From NCBI GenBank assembly GCA_903953565.1, contig CAJBKE010000017.1:8012-72011 (forward strand): DNA of 64,000 nucleotides. Reading direction: 5' to 3'. The position numbers were made by a program, and so were the translations under genes. This stretch comes from an uncultured Verrucomicrobiota bacterium. GTDB lineage: Bacteria; Verrucomicrobiota; Verrucomicrobiia; Chthoniobacterales; JACTMZ01. Positions 36,239 through 44,325 of this stretch are shown here, piece after piece (the stretch's first letter is position 1; the number at the start of each line of letters is the position of its first letter). Under the pieces are notes generated by a model. It was not told the origin of the DNA. It saw nothing but the letters and a program-made list of their open reading frames with translations, and ran no database searches.

Positions 36239-37801
36239 TCAGTTCCGGGATTGCAACTGTTGGCCGTTGACGAAGACCGATTCGGTGGTGATGGAGGTCA
36301 ATTCCTCCACGGGTGTTTCCAGGGGATTGCGGTCGAGGACGATGAAGTCGGCGTATTTTCCTGCTTCGATGGATCCCTTGACCGATTCGGTTCCCTCCGC
36401 CCACGCGCCGCCCATCGTGTAGGACTCGAGCGCCTCCGCCACGGTGATAGCCTCTTGTGGTGAAATCACTTTTCCGGAACCGGTCCTTCTCGTCACGGCC
36501 GCACGGATGTTGTTCCAAGGATCGAAATTCTTCACCACCGGCGCGTCGGTGGACAAGGCGTAGCGGATGCCGCAGCGGGCCAGGGTTTTGATGGGGTAGC
36601 AACGCTTCAGGAATTCATCATCAAGGGAAGCGAGGAAATTGTCACCGAGTTCGTCGAGAAAAACGGGTTGCGGCACCGCGACAATCCCTTGCCTCGCAGC
36701 CTCCTCGAGGGAGGCGTCCGTCGGCAGTCCGAAATGCTCGATGCGGTTCCTGACCGGTCCGAATTCCTGTTCGAGCGTTTTGTAAGACCCGAGCACCTCC
36801 GCGATGGCCCGGTCGCCGATGGCGTGCGTTCCGATGGCGAATCCGCGCTGTCGAATTTCGCGTCCGAGCGACAAGAACCGGTCAGCACCGATCCTCAGGA
36901 TGCCCTTGTCGTCGCGATTGCGGTAATTCCGCGAGAGGGCCGCAGTGCCTCCGCTCAGTCCGCCGTCGGCGAATAATTTGACTGTTGTCTGTCGACGCCA
37001 TGGATCGTCGTGAACCTCGGGCAACGGATAGGCGATCTCCCCGCCGTCGGGAAGCAGCATGGGCATAAGGTTGACCCGCAGCCCCAATGCTTCGCCACAG
37101 GCCAACTCATACGCGCGGCCGAGTTCGGGATGCACCGCGGGATCCGTGATGCTGGTGATGCCGCGTGCCAGCATCTGGCGCGCGCCGATGCGGATCATGT
37201 CGGCGAGATCTTCGACCGAAGCCGGAGGAATGTGCGTGGTGATCAGCCCCAGCGCGGTCTCGTAGAATTGTCCGTTGGGCGCGCCATCCGTCATACCCAC
37301 CGATCCGCCTTCCGGCGAAACCGTTCCGCGCGTGATCCCGCACAAGTTCAGGGCGGCGGTGTTCACGCAGGCGATGTGCGCGCAGGTGCGGAGGAGATGA
37401 ACCGGATGGCACGTCGTTGCCCGGTCGAGATCGGCGGCCACCGGCAGCCGCTTGTCGGAGAGAACCGCCTCGTTGAATCCCCGGCCGATGATCCAGCGGC
37501 CCGGTTCGACGGTGCGCGAAGCCTCCTTCACCCGCTCGATGATCGCGTCGATGGAACCGATACCGCGCAGGTCCAGAATGTAGGCGGCGAGTTGCCCGAC
37601 CTTCCACAGGTGAACGTGCGCGTCGTTGAATCCGGGCAGCACGGTCCGGCCCTGTAGGTTGACCCTCGTCGCGCCGCCGAGGTTGAAATCGCCGTCCTTC
37701 CCCGTTGCCGTGATCAGTCCGTTTTCAACGGAGAACGCCGACACCACCGGGTTGCGACGATCCTGGGTGAGCACGGTTCCGTTGAAAAAAACCGTGGCCA
37801 T
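36239..37801 (-). CDS. metal-dependent amidohydrolase (amidohydrolase-3 / YtcJ-like)
   Basis: Start at ATG 37801 (MATVFFNGTVLTQDRRNPVV), 2 nt after the gabT stop. HxH metal motif NDAHVHLW. The track ORF extension to 38356 overlaps gabT in another frame. Confidence 0.8.
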   Translation of the reverse strand: MATVFFNGTVLTQDRRNPVVSAFSVENGLITATGKDGDFNLGGATRVNLQGRTVLPGFNDAHVHLWKVGQLAAYILDLRGIGSIDAIIERVKEASRTVEPGRWIIGRGFNEAVLSDKRLPVAADLDRATTCHPVHLLRTCAHIACVNTAALNLCGITRGTVSPEGGSVGMTDGAPNGQFYETALGLITTHIPPASVEDLADMIRIGARQMLARGITSITDPAVHPELGRAYELACGEALGLRVNLMPMLLPDGGEIAYPLPEVHDDPWRRQTTVKLFADGGLSGGTAALSRNYRNRDDKGILRIGADRFLSLGREIRQRGFAIGTHAIGDRAIAEVLGSYKTLEQEFGPVRNRIEHFGLPTDASLEEAARQGIVAVPQPVFLDELGDNFLASLDDEFLKRCYPIKTLARCGIRYALSTDAPVVKNFDPWNNIRAAVTRRTGSGKVISPQEAITVAEALESYTMGGAWAEGTESVKGSIEAGKYADFIVLDRNPLETPVEELTSITTESVFVNGQQLQSRN

Positions 37802-37803
37802 GC

Positions 37804-39138
37804 TCAACTGTTTTGCGCGCGGGCGATCGCTCCTTCGAGGACATCGAGTCCCTCGTGCAATTGCTCCTCCGTGATGACCAGCGGAGGCAGCAGCCGGATG
37901 CAGTTGCTGTATAATCCCGCCCTGATGAGGATGATGCCATTCGATACGGCATCGCGGAGGATCTTGAGCGTGATGTCGGGGTCGGGTGTGCGTTCGTTCC
38001 GGTCCTTCACGAATTCCACCAAGCGCATCGGTCCGAGCCCGCGGACATCGCCGATCAGGCTGTATTTCTTTTTCCACTCGGCGAGGCGCTGTTCCGTGAT
38101 CTGCCCCACCTTGTTGGCGTGGGCGGCGAAGGCCGGGGTGGTCATTTCCCGGATCACCTCGAGCGCGGCCGCGCAGGTGACCGGCGATCCGCCGTAGGTG
38201 CCGCCGACCCCGCCGAGATGGACGGTATCCATGATCTCCGCACGGCCGGTGGTGGCTGAAATGGGCAACCCGGCACCGAGGGATTTGGCTATCGTGATCA
38301 TGTCCGGAACGATGCCGTAATGCTCGCTGGCGAAGAGCTTGCCGGTGCGGAAACATCCGCTCTGGATCTCATCGCAGATCATCACCGCGCAGGTCTCGTC
38401 GCAGATGTTGCGGATCTCCTGCAGGAAGGCGGCGGGCATCGGGATGAAGCCGGCTTCACCCTGCACGGGTTCGATGAGGATGCAGGCCAGATCCGCCGGG
38501 TCCACCTGGCTGATGAGCGCATTGCGCAACGCACGGATGCTGTGATCGATGTATTCCTGCTCGGTCATTTGCGGCGGCCTGCGGTATAAATTCGGCGCAG
38601 GGAGCCGGTAGATGTCCCCGCCGAACGGGCCAAATCCTTTTTTGAACAATCCGTATTTGGAGGTGAGGCTGAGCGTGAGCAACGTGCGACCGTGGTATCC
38701 GCCCTCGAAGCAAATCACCCCGCGGCGTTTTGTGTAGTAGCGCGAGATGCTCACCGCGTTCTCCACCGCCTCGCTTCCGGAATTGGCCAGCAGGGTTTTT
38801 TTCGCGTGGTCGCCGGGCGTGACGCGGTTGAGGGTTTCGCAGAGTTCCACCATGGGCTCGAAGGTGGTGACCAGCGCGCAGGTGTGGATGTATTTCTCGG
38901 CCTGGGCCTTGATGGCTTCCACCACTTTGGGCGGGCAGTGACCGATGTTCATCACGCCGATGGCGCCCGCGAAATCGAGCAGGGTGTTTCCGTCGACATC
39001 CGTGACCACAGCGCCCTTGGCATCCGCCACCACCACATCGGTGGATTTGGCCAGACCCGCGGGCATGGCATCGGCGCGGCGCTGAAGGATGGCCTGACTC
39101 GCAGGTCCGGGAATAGGGGTTTTGAGTTGGATGGTCAT
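37804..39138 (-). CDS. gabT: class III aminotransferase, 4-aminobutyrate aminotransferase-like
   Basis: Start at ATG 39138 (MTIQLKTPIPGPASQAILQRR). Motifs are DEIQSGCFRTGK and PLP-lysine context ITIAKSLGAGLP. Confidence 0.85.
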   Translation of the reverse strand: MTIQLKTPIPGPASQAILQRRADAMPAGLAKSTDVVVADAKGAVVTDVDGNTLLDFAGAIGVMNIGHCPPKVVEAIKAQAEKYIHTCALVTTFEPMVELCETLNRVTPGDHAKKTLLANSGSEAVENAVSISRYYTKRRGVICFEGGYHGRTLLTLSLTSKYGLFKKGFGPFGGDIYRLPAPNLYRRPPQMTEQEYIDHSIRALRNALISQVDPADLACILIEPVQGEAGFIPMPAAFLQEIRNICDETCAVMICDEIQSGCFRTGKLFASEHYGIVPDMITIAKSLGAGLPISATTGRAEIMDTVHLGGVGGTYGGSPVTCAAALEVIREMTTPAFAAHANKVGQITEQRLAEWKKKYSLIGDVRGLGPMRLVEFVKDRNERTPDPDITLKILRDAVSNGIILIRAGLYSNCIRLLPPLVITEEQLHEGLDVLEGAIARAQNS

Positions 39139-39149
39139 GGCAGAAAAGG

Positions 39150-39812
39150 TCAGCAAGCAGGTTTGAAGTTCGGATTTTTCCTGACCAGCAGAACGACGTA
39201 GTTGTCGCAGATCGGATCTTCGAGATAGCCGGGCACAAGCTTTACTGCTTCGAATCCGTTGGCTATCTGGCGGGACACGGTAGGGTCCTTTCGTTTTCCG
39301 GCGATGAGCTCGGCGTAATATTCCTCAGCCCGCATCGTCGCTTTGAGCGCACCGTAGCCGCTGAGCATGCCGTAGGTATACTGTCCCCGGAGATTGAGTC
39401 GTTCGACGGTTTGTTGGCGCGCATCATAAAGGTGGCGAGCGATGCCGCGACCGCGCCATTGCGGATGCGTGCCGATATCGAGCCCGAGAAGCCATTCCCC
39501 GTCGGGTTCGTGAGTGTTGAGAAAACCCCCATCGATCACCTCGGCGAAAGTAGAGGGCTTTTTCTCATCGAGGTGATAGCGGATGGTGGAGGTCATACCC
39601 ACGACCTTGTCGCCGTCCGTGACCACGAACTGTCCCTCCGGAAAAATGCGGATGTGGTTGAGATAATGCGGCGCCCGGAAAAGTGCGTTCTTTGCCAAGG
39701 TCGGGAACACCGTTTCCTGCAAGGCCTCCAGTTGGGCGGCATGCTTGGCTTCGGTGGACTGCACAACCAGACCATCTGCGGTTTTTTTCAGATAGGGAAA
39801 ACCGTCTTTCAT
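39150..39812 (-). CDS. GNAT-family N-acetyltransferase
   Basis: 220 aa with the acetyl-CoA binding motif THPQWRGRGIARHLY. It is the first gene of the operon. Confidence 0.7.
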   Translation of the reverse strand: MKDGFPYLKKTADGLVVQSTEAKHAAQLEALQETVFPTLAKNALFRAPHYLNHIRIFPEGQFVVTDGDKVVGMTSTIRYHLDEKKPSTFAEVIDGGFLNTHEPDGEWLLGLDIGTHPQWRGRGIARHLYDARQQTVERLNLRGQYTYGMLSGYGALKATMRAEEYYAELIAGKRKDPTVSRQIANGFEAVKLVPGYLEDPICDNYVVLLVRKNPNFKPAC

Positions 39813-40071
39813 GGATCAAGGGCGCGTTGTTTTTCGGCGAGCGAACGCATGGGTTTTCCCAATTTCTCCCGCAACGCGGGAAGACCCTTCGCCGACAAGG
39901 CCCTAACCATGGTCGGCAGAGCAGGAATGGCCTGATCGTTACTTGCCATCACGACGTCAATAGACATCCGTTCCCCCGCTGCGGCAAGGGGGATCTGGTC
40001 TCAGCTTCAGATGGAAGCTTCGTCTTCTTTCAAGAAAACCCGCGGCAGTAGTCCGCACCAACCGTCACTTG

Positions 40072-40106
40072 CCCAAGCAAGAACAAGAAGAAGCGCGATC
40101 GCTTCT
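40072..40106 (-). terminator. rho-independent terminator of rpsN
   Basis: On the sense strand the hairpin AGAAGCG-ATCG-CGCTTCT begins with the A and G of the TAG stop codon and is followed by the T-rich run TCTTGTTCTTGCTT. Confidence 0.65.
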
Positions 40107-40374
40107 ACCAGCTCGCCTTGGTGACGCCGGGGATGAGCCCCGCGCAGGCGAGTTCGCGGAATGTCAAACGGGACATTTGGAATTCGCGGATGAAGGCGCG
40201 CTTGCGACCTGAGACACGGCAGCGGTTCGACAGGCGCACCGGGCTGGCGTTGCGCGGCAGCTGTGCGAGGGCGAGGTAGTCGCCCTTCTTTTTAAGTTCG
40301 GCGCGCAGCTCGGCGTATTTATTTACCGTCTTGCGCTTGCGCTTTTCGCGCTCTCTCCATGAAGTCTTAGCCAT
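40105..40374 (-). CDS. rpsN: 30S ribosomal protein S14 (long, non-zinc-ribbon form)
   Basis: Start at ATG 40374 (MAKTSWREREKRKRKTVNKYAELRAELKKKGD ... RLTFRELACAGLIPGVTKASW), 89 aa. It stands alone, away from any ribosomal protein cluster. Confidence 0.9.
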   Translation of the reverse strand: MAKTSWREREKRKRKTVNKYAELRAELKKKGDYLALAQLPRNASPVRLSNRCRVSGRKRAFIREFQMSRLTFRELACAGLIPGVTKASW

Positions 40375-40554
40375 ATTAAAAGGGTCGCGGAGAATGCCCC
40401 ACCATTGCCCAACAGGCAAGCAATAATTCACGGCAGACACATTTTTTCCCCTCTGGCCGCGAAACATTTGACACCCCTTGGACAGCGGTTAATTCTGTCC
40501 CGTCTGTCGGTGCAAGGCCTCTATGACCCGCCTGACAGCCGTTGTAAACCCGCC

Positions 40555-41898
40555 ATGAACGAGCCCAAAAAAGAGACCGTCCGCATTGTTTTGCCCCCCC
40601 GCCGTGATGGCAAACCTGGCGCCGCCAATCCCCGCGAAGCGGCCATGATCAACCTCCCTCCGAAACCGCTCCCCACGGTCGCCGGCACACCGCCGACTAT
40701 GCCCGCACCGCCCAGGCCCGTTATGCCGCCTGTGCCCGGACTGGCCAGTGCGCCGCAACCGCCCAAGCCTTTCAGCATGCCTGTCATGCCCAAGCCCGGC
40801 ATGGCTCCCGCACCTTCGGTGCCTTCCATGCCACCGCCTCCCGTGGTGCCGCCTGCGCCACCAAAACCGGCCGGCATCGCACCTTCTCCCACACCAAAAC
40901 CTCCCATCGCTGCCGTTCCACCGGCACCCAAGCCAATGGCCGCCGCTCCCGTCGCGGCACCCAAGCCTCCAATGGCAGCCGTTGTCCCTGCGCCCGCCGC
41001 AGCGCCGAAACCTCCCATGCCTCCGATGCCCGCCGCGCCTGTGCCTGCCACGCCAAAAGCCGCCGCCGCACCGAAACCCCCTATGCCTTCTATGCCGGCC
41101 GCGCCTGTGCCTGCCGTGCCCAAGGCCGCAGCGCCCGCCATCCCCGCACCCATCCCCGCACCCATCGCCGCGCCGAAGCCTCCCGTGCCATCTGTTGTTG
41201 CCGCACCTAAAGTTCCCATGCCGTCGGCACCGCCAGCGCCAAAACCGCCGATGCCGGCTGCGCCTTCGGCCCCGGCGCCACAGCCCGCCGTGCCTGCTGC
41301 GGTGGCTGCGCCCAAACCTCCGGCCCCCGCTGGTCTCGTTGCCCCGAAACCCCCGGCGCCCACCGCCGCCGCGCCCAAACCGATTTCTGCCACTGCGCCG
41401 CAGCCGGCGATTTCTCCGGCGCCCACCGCACCCAAACCTCCTGCGCCGGTTGGTATTTCTGCGCCGAAACCTCCCGCCCCGGCTGCACCCTCCGGCATCT
41501 CCGCGCCCAAGCCTCCCGCTCCTGCGGCAGTCGCTGCCCCGGCCAAACCCGCCATGCCATCGGCACCTGGACTTGCCGCCCCGCTCAAACCCGCTGCCGC
41601 TGCGCCGAAACCGGCCATGGCTGCACCCGCGGCCATCAAGCCCGGCTTGCCCAGTCCTGCAGATGCCAAAAAAGGCACTTCGAAAGTCGGACTGACTCCA
41701 CCCGCAGGCCCGGGTCCGCAGGCTACGGTCAAAATCGCCCCGGCCAGCGCAGCCGCGGCTCCTGCCGCCGCCATCAAGACCGCCGCGCCGGCCGAAGTAT
41801 CCGAGGCCGCCCCCGATTCTCTCACCGGCATCCTCGCCATCGCCGCCACGATCGTGGCCCTCGCCGCACTCGGCGTCCAAGTGTGGATGTTCCTCTAA
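40555..41898 (+). CDS. Pro/Ala/Lys-rich low-complexity protein with a single C-terminal TM helix (tail-anchored)
   Basis: Start at ATG 40555 (MNEPKKETVRIVLPPRRDGKPG). About 400 aa of APKPP/MPAAPVPA-type repeats follow. The C-terminus is LTGILAIAATIVALAALGVQVWMFL-stop. There is no N-terminal signal peptide. Confidence 0.7.
   Translation: MNEPKKETVRIVLPPRRDGKPGAANPREAAMINLPPKPLPTVAGTPPTMPAPPRPVMPPVPGLASAPQPPKPFSMPVMPKPGMAPAPSVPSMPPPPVVPPAPPKPAGIAPSPTPKPPIAAVPPAPKPMAAAPVAAPKPPMAAVVPAPAAAPKPPMPPMPAAPVPATPKAAAAPKPPMPSMPAAPVPAVPKAAAPAIPAPIPAPIAAPKPPVPSVVAAPKVPMPSAPPAPKPPMPAAPSAPAPQPAVPAAVAAPKPPAPAGLVAPKPPAPTAAAPKPISATAPQPAISPAPTAPKPPAPVGISAPKPPAPAAPSGISAPKPPAPAAVAAPAKPAMPSAPGLAAPLKPAAAAPKPAMAAPAAIKPGLPSPADAKKGTSKVGLTPPAGPGPQATVKIAPASAAAAPAAAIKTAAPAEVSEAAPDSLTGILAIAATIVALAALGVQVWMFL
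41005..41136 (+). repeat. 2 x 66-nt tandem repeat inside the Pro/Ala-rich gene
   Basis: Units 41005-41070 and 41071-41136 encode PKPPMP(P/S)MPAAPVPA(T/V)PKAAA.. in nearly identical DNA. Confidence 0.8.
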
Positions 41899-41931
41899 TC
41901 AACCGAAACGCAAACCCAACCGCATCAAACC

Positions 41932-42261
41932 ATGGCCAGCGCCAACGTCCTCAATCTCAACGACAGCAACTTCGACAACGAAATCAACAAAGGAGCCACA
42001 CCGATCCTTGTCGATTTCTGGGCCCCGTGGTGCGGCCCCTGCCGCATGATCGCCCCGGTCCTCGACAAAATCGCCGACGCCAATGTCGGCAAAGCAGTCG
42101 TGGCCAAGGTCAATGTCGACGAAGCCCCCGGCGTCGCTTCCCGTTTCCGCGTTTCCTCGATCCCGACACTCCTCTTTTTCAAAAACGGCGAAGTGCAGGG
42201 GCAGGTCGTCGGTCTGCAAAGCGAGGCCGATCTGACCTCAAGGCTTAATGCCTTGATGTAG
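41932..42261 (+). CDS. trxA: thioredoxin
   Basis: 109 aa, with WCGPC in VDFWAPWCGPCRMIAP. Confidence 0.95.
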   Translation: MASANVLNLNDSNFDNEINKGATPILVDFWAPWCGPCRMIAPVLDKIADANVGKAVVAKVNVDEAPGVASRFRVSSIPTLLFFKNGEVQGQVVGLQSEADLTSRLNALM

Positions 42262-42295
42262 TTGAGAGTTGAGCGATGAGTGTTGAGGGAAAGAA
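42260..42295 (+). promoter_or_regulatory. intercistronic GTTGAGG-heptamer cassette, copy 2 (trxA to DUF72)
   Basis: TAG(trxA stop)TTGAGAGTTGAGCGATGAGTGTTGAGGGAAAG. The internal ATG at 42276 is the start the track assigns to the DUF72 ORF. Confidence 0.7.
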
Positions 42296-43316
42296 AATCT
42301 CTCCCTCGGACCCTCTCGCAACGCTCAACTTTCACTTGCCTCCGGCCGTCTCCGCTTCGCTACGGCTCTCAACCCCTCGCGCTCTTCCCGCGGCGCTCGC
42401 GCAGGAAACAGGTTTTCTCGCGCGCGAGAAAAACCTCTTTCTCGGCACCTCCTCGTGGAAATACGAGGGCTGGCTCGGGCCAATCTACGACGAGCAGCGC
42501 TACCTCACGCGCGGCAAGCTCTCGACCAAACGCTTCGAGACCGAATGCCTCGAGGAATACGCGGAGATGTTCCCTTCCGTCTGCGTCGACGCCGGCTACT
42601 ACCGGTTTCCCTCAGAGAAATACCTGGCAAACCTCTGCGCGCAGGTGCCGGAAGGATTCCGGCTCTGCTACAAAGTCACTGACGAAATCACGGTGAAGAA
42701 ATTTCCCAAGCTCGAGCGCTTCGGTGATCGCGCGGGCACGGACAACGAACACTTCCTCAACGCCAAGCTTTTCATCGACGCGTTCCTCGGACCCCTCTCG
42801 CCGCACCGCAAGAAAACCGGCGTCCTCATCTTCGAGTTCTCCGCGTTCTATCCCACCCACTTCGAACGACTGCGTGACTTCATCGCCGCGCTCGACGGAT
42901 TCCTCGGACAACTCCCCGCCAACTGGCAATACGGCGTCGAAGTGCGCAACGCGAATCTTCTGCGCGCGGAATACTTCGACGTGCTTCATGCTCACAATGT
43001 CGCCCACGTCTTCAACAGTTGGACCAAGATGCCGCCGGTCGAGGAGCAGATGCAAATGCCCGGCGCTTTCACCGCCGATTTCTTCGCCGCGCGCTTCCTC
43101 CTCCGCCCCGGCCGCGCCTATCAGCAGGCGGTCGACAGCTTCCAGCCTTACCGCGAGACCAAGGAAAAGAATCCCGAGGCGCGCGCCGCAATCAAAGCCC
43201 TGATCAAACACGGAACCGCTGCACCCACCCCGCGTCCCAGCTACGTCTTCGTCAACAACCGCCTCGAGGGAAATTCCCCCAACACCATCGCCGCAGCCCT
43301 GGATTTGGGAACTTGA
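42276..43316 (+). CDS. DUF72 (UPF0759) family protein; start uncertain
   Basis: The DUF72 core begins near LFLGTSSWKYEGWLGPIYDE (~nt 42435). The ~53 residues before it derive from the repeat cassette and a 25-nt palindrome (42411-42435) and may not be translated. No canonical alternative start is visible in frame. Confidence 0.7.
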   Translation: MSVEGKKISPSDPLATLNFHLPPAVSASLRLSTPRALPAALAQETGFLAREKNLFLGTSSWKYEGWLGPIYDEQRYLTRGKLSTKRFETECLEEYAEMFPSVCVDAGYYRFPSEKYLANLCAQVPEGFRLCYKVTDEITVKKFPKLERFGDRAGTDNEHFLNAKLFIDAFLGPLSPHRKKTGVLIFEFSAFYPTHFERLRDFIAALDGFLGQLPANWQYGVEVRNANLLRAEYFDVLHAHNVAHVFNSWTKMPPVEEQMQMPGAFTADFFAARFLLRPGRAYQQAVDSFQPYRETKEKNPEARAAIKALIKHGTAAPTPRPSYVFVNNRLEGNSPNTIAAALDLGT

Positions 43317-43344
43317 GTTTGTGCCGGTGTCAGCCGGCACAAAC
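43317..43344. terminator. bidirectional hairpin terminator between convergent genes
   Basis: Perfect 11-bp stem GTTTGTGCCGG-TGTCAG-CCGGCACAAAC, directly after the DUF72 stop and 19 nt from the esterase stop. Confidence 0.7.
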
Positions 43345-43362
43345 TATCCTCTTCAATCTTCT

Positions 43363-44220
43363 TCAATCCGTGGCCTGTTTTTCTTTCGGAACCAAAAACC
43401 GCAGCGCCACCGGCAAGCGCTTGGCCCAAGCCCTCTCGTTGTGCTCGTCGCCTTCCCCCGGATTCCAAAGTAAATCCTTACCCTCCTCATAACCCTGCTT
43501 GAGCAAGGCGTCGCGCACCGCGAGCGCATCCTTCCAGTAATCACCGCTAAGATTCCCTTTCTCCCGCGTCCCCATGTCCATGTAGATGCGCAGGCCATCC
43601 TTCTTTGGTCCGTCCATCACCGCTTTTGTAAAATTCGAACTCGTCCAAAACGCCGGCGAAAAAACTCCCACCGCACCAAACGCGTCGGTATTCAACCCAA
43701 GCCAGAGCGAAACCAACCCGCCCATCGATGCTCCCGCCACGCTGGTGTTGGCACGATCCGGCAAGGTGCGGTATTTCGCGTCGATCGCCGGCTTAACTGT
43801 CCCGAGCAGAAACTCCGCGTAACGATCACAAATCCCCTTCCCTCGCGACGGATCGCGCGGATTCAAATCCGTCGGCGGTTGGTATTCGGTCATCCGCGCC
43901 TTGCCCATATCCGCCTCGTTGTTCGGGATGGCCACGATGATCGCTTCGCGCATACGGCCCGCTTTTACTTCCTCCGCCGCCGCATCCTCGGCGAACCAGC
44001 AACCGAACGGCCCACCCGGACGGAACAAATTCTGCCCGTCATGGAAATAGATCACCGGATAGCGGTCTTCGCCTCCGTCGTATCCCGGCGGCAACCAGAC
44101 GCGGATTTCGCGCGAGGGAATCGTCCTGTCCTCGGATTCGACGAACATCGTTTCGATGCAGCCATCCGCCCAAGCAACTCCACTCACCGCTGCCAGCGAA
44201 AGCACGATTGCCGTTTTCAT
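43363..44220 (-). CDS. secreted alpha/beta-hydrolase, putative esterase family
   Basis: Start at ATG 44220 (MKTAIVLSLAAVSGVAWA signal peptide). Motifs are RYPVIYFHDGQNLF and nucleophile elbow AGASMGG. Confidence 0.8.
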   Translation of the reverse strand: MKTAIVLSLAAVSGVAWADGCIETMFVESEDRTIPSREIRVWLPPGYDGGEDRYPVIYFHDGQNLFRPGGPFGCWFAEDAAAEEVKAGRMREAIIVAIPNNEADMGKARMTEYQPPTDLNPRDPSRGKGICDRYAEFLLGTVKPAIDAKYRTLPDRANTSVAGASMGGLVSLWLGLNTDAFGAVGVFSPAFWTSSNFTKAVMDGPKKDGLRIYMDMGTREKGNLSGDYWKDALAVRDALLKQGYEEGKDLLWNPGEGDEHNERAWAKRLPVALRFLVPKEKQATD

Positions 44221-44230
44221 TCCCACTCCT

Positions 44231-44258
44231 CCTCTGTGCCCTCCGCGTCCTCTGCGGT
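44231..44258. repeat. family 1 repeat arm immediately upstream of the esterase start
   Basis: Plus strand CCTCTGTGCCCTCCGCGTCCTCTGCGGT. In gene sense it reads ACCGCAGAGGACGCGGAGGGCACAGAGGAGGAGTGGGA-ATG and supplies the GGAGG Shine-Dalgarno. Confidence 0.7.
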
Positions 44259-44266
44259 CAATCCCC

Positions 44267-44302
44267 CACAAACAGAACACCCGCACCTTGCGGCGCGGGT
44301 GT
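44267..44302 (-). terminator. rho-independent terminator after the PEP-CTERM gene
   Basis: Sense strand reads ACACCCGC-GCCGCAAGGT-GCGGGTGT followed by TCTGTTTGTG. Confidence 0.6.
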
Positions 44303-44325
44303 CGCGGTGAAAACTGGTAGGACGC

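Noticed and set aside
40489-41880. Two ~450-aa minus-strand ORFs (40489-41880 and 40521-41849) and a 315-aa plus-frame ORF (40748-41695)
   Set aside because: All are alternative-frame or antisense readings of the low-complexity CCN/GCN repeat DNA of the Pro/Ala-rich gene. They are R/G-rich or G/A-rich and have no start context. Only the 40555 frame has a sensible N-terminus and a terminal TM helix.
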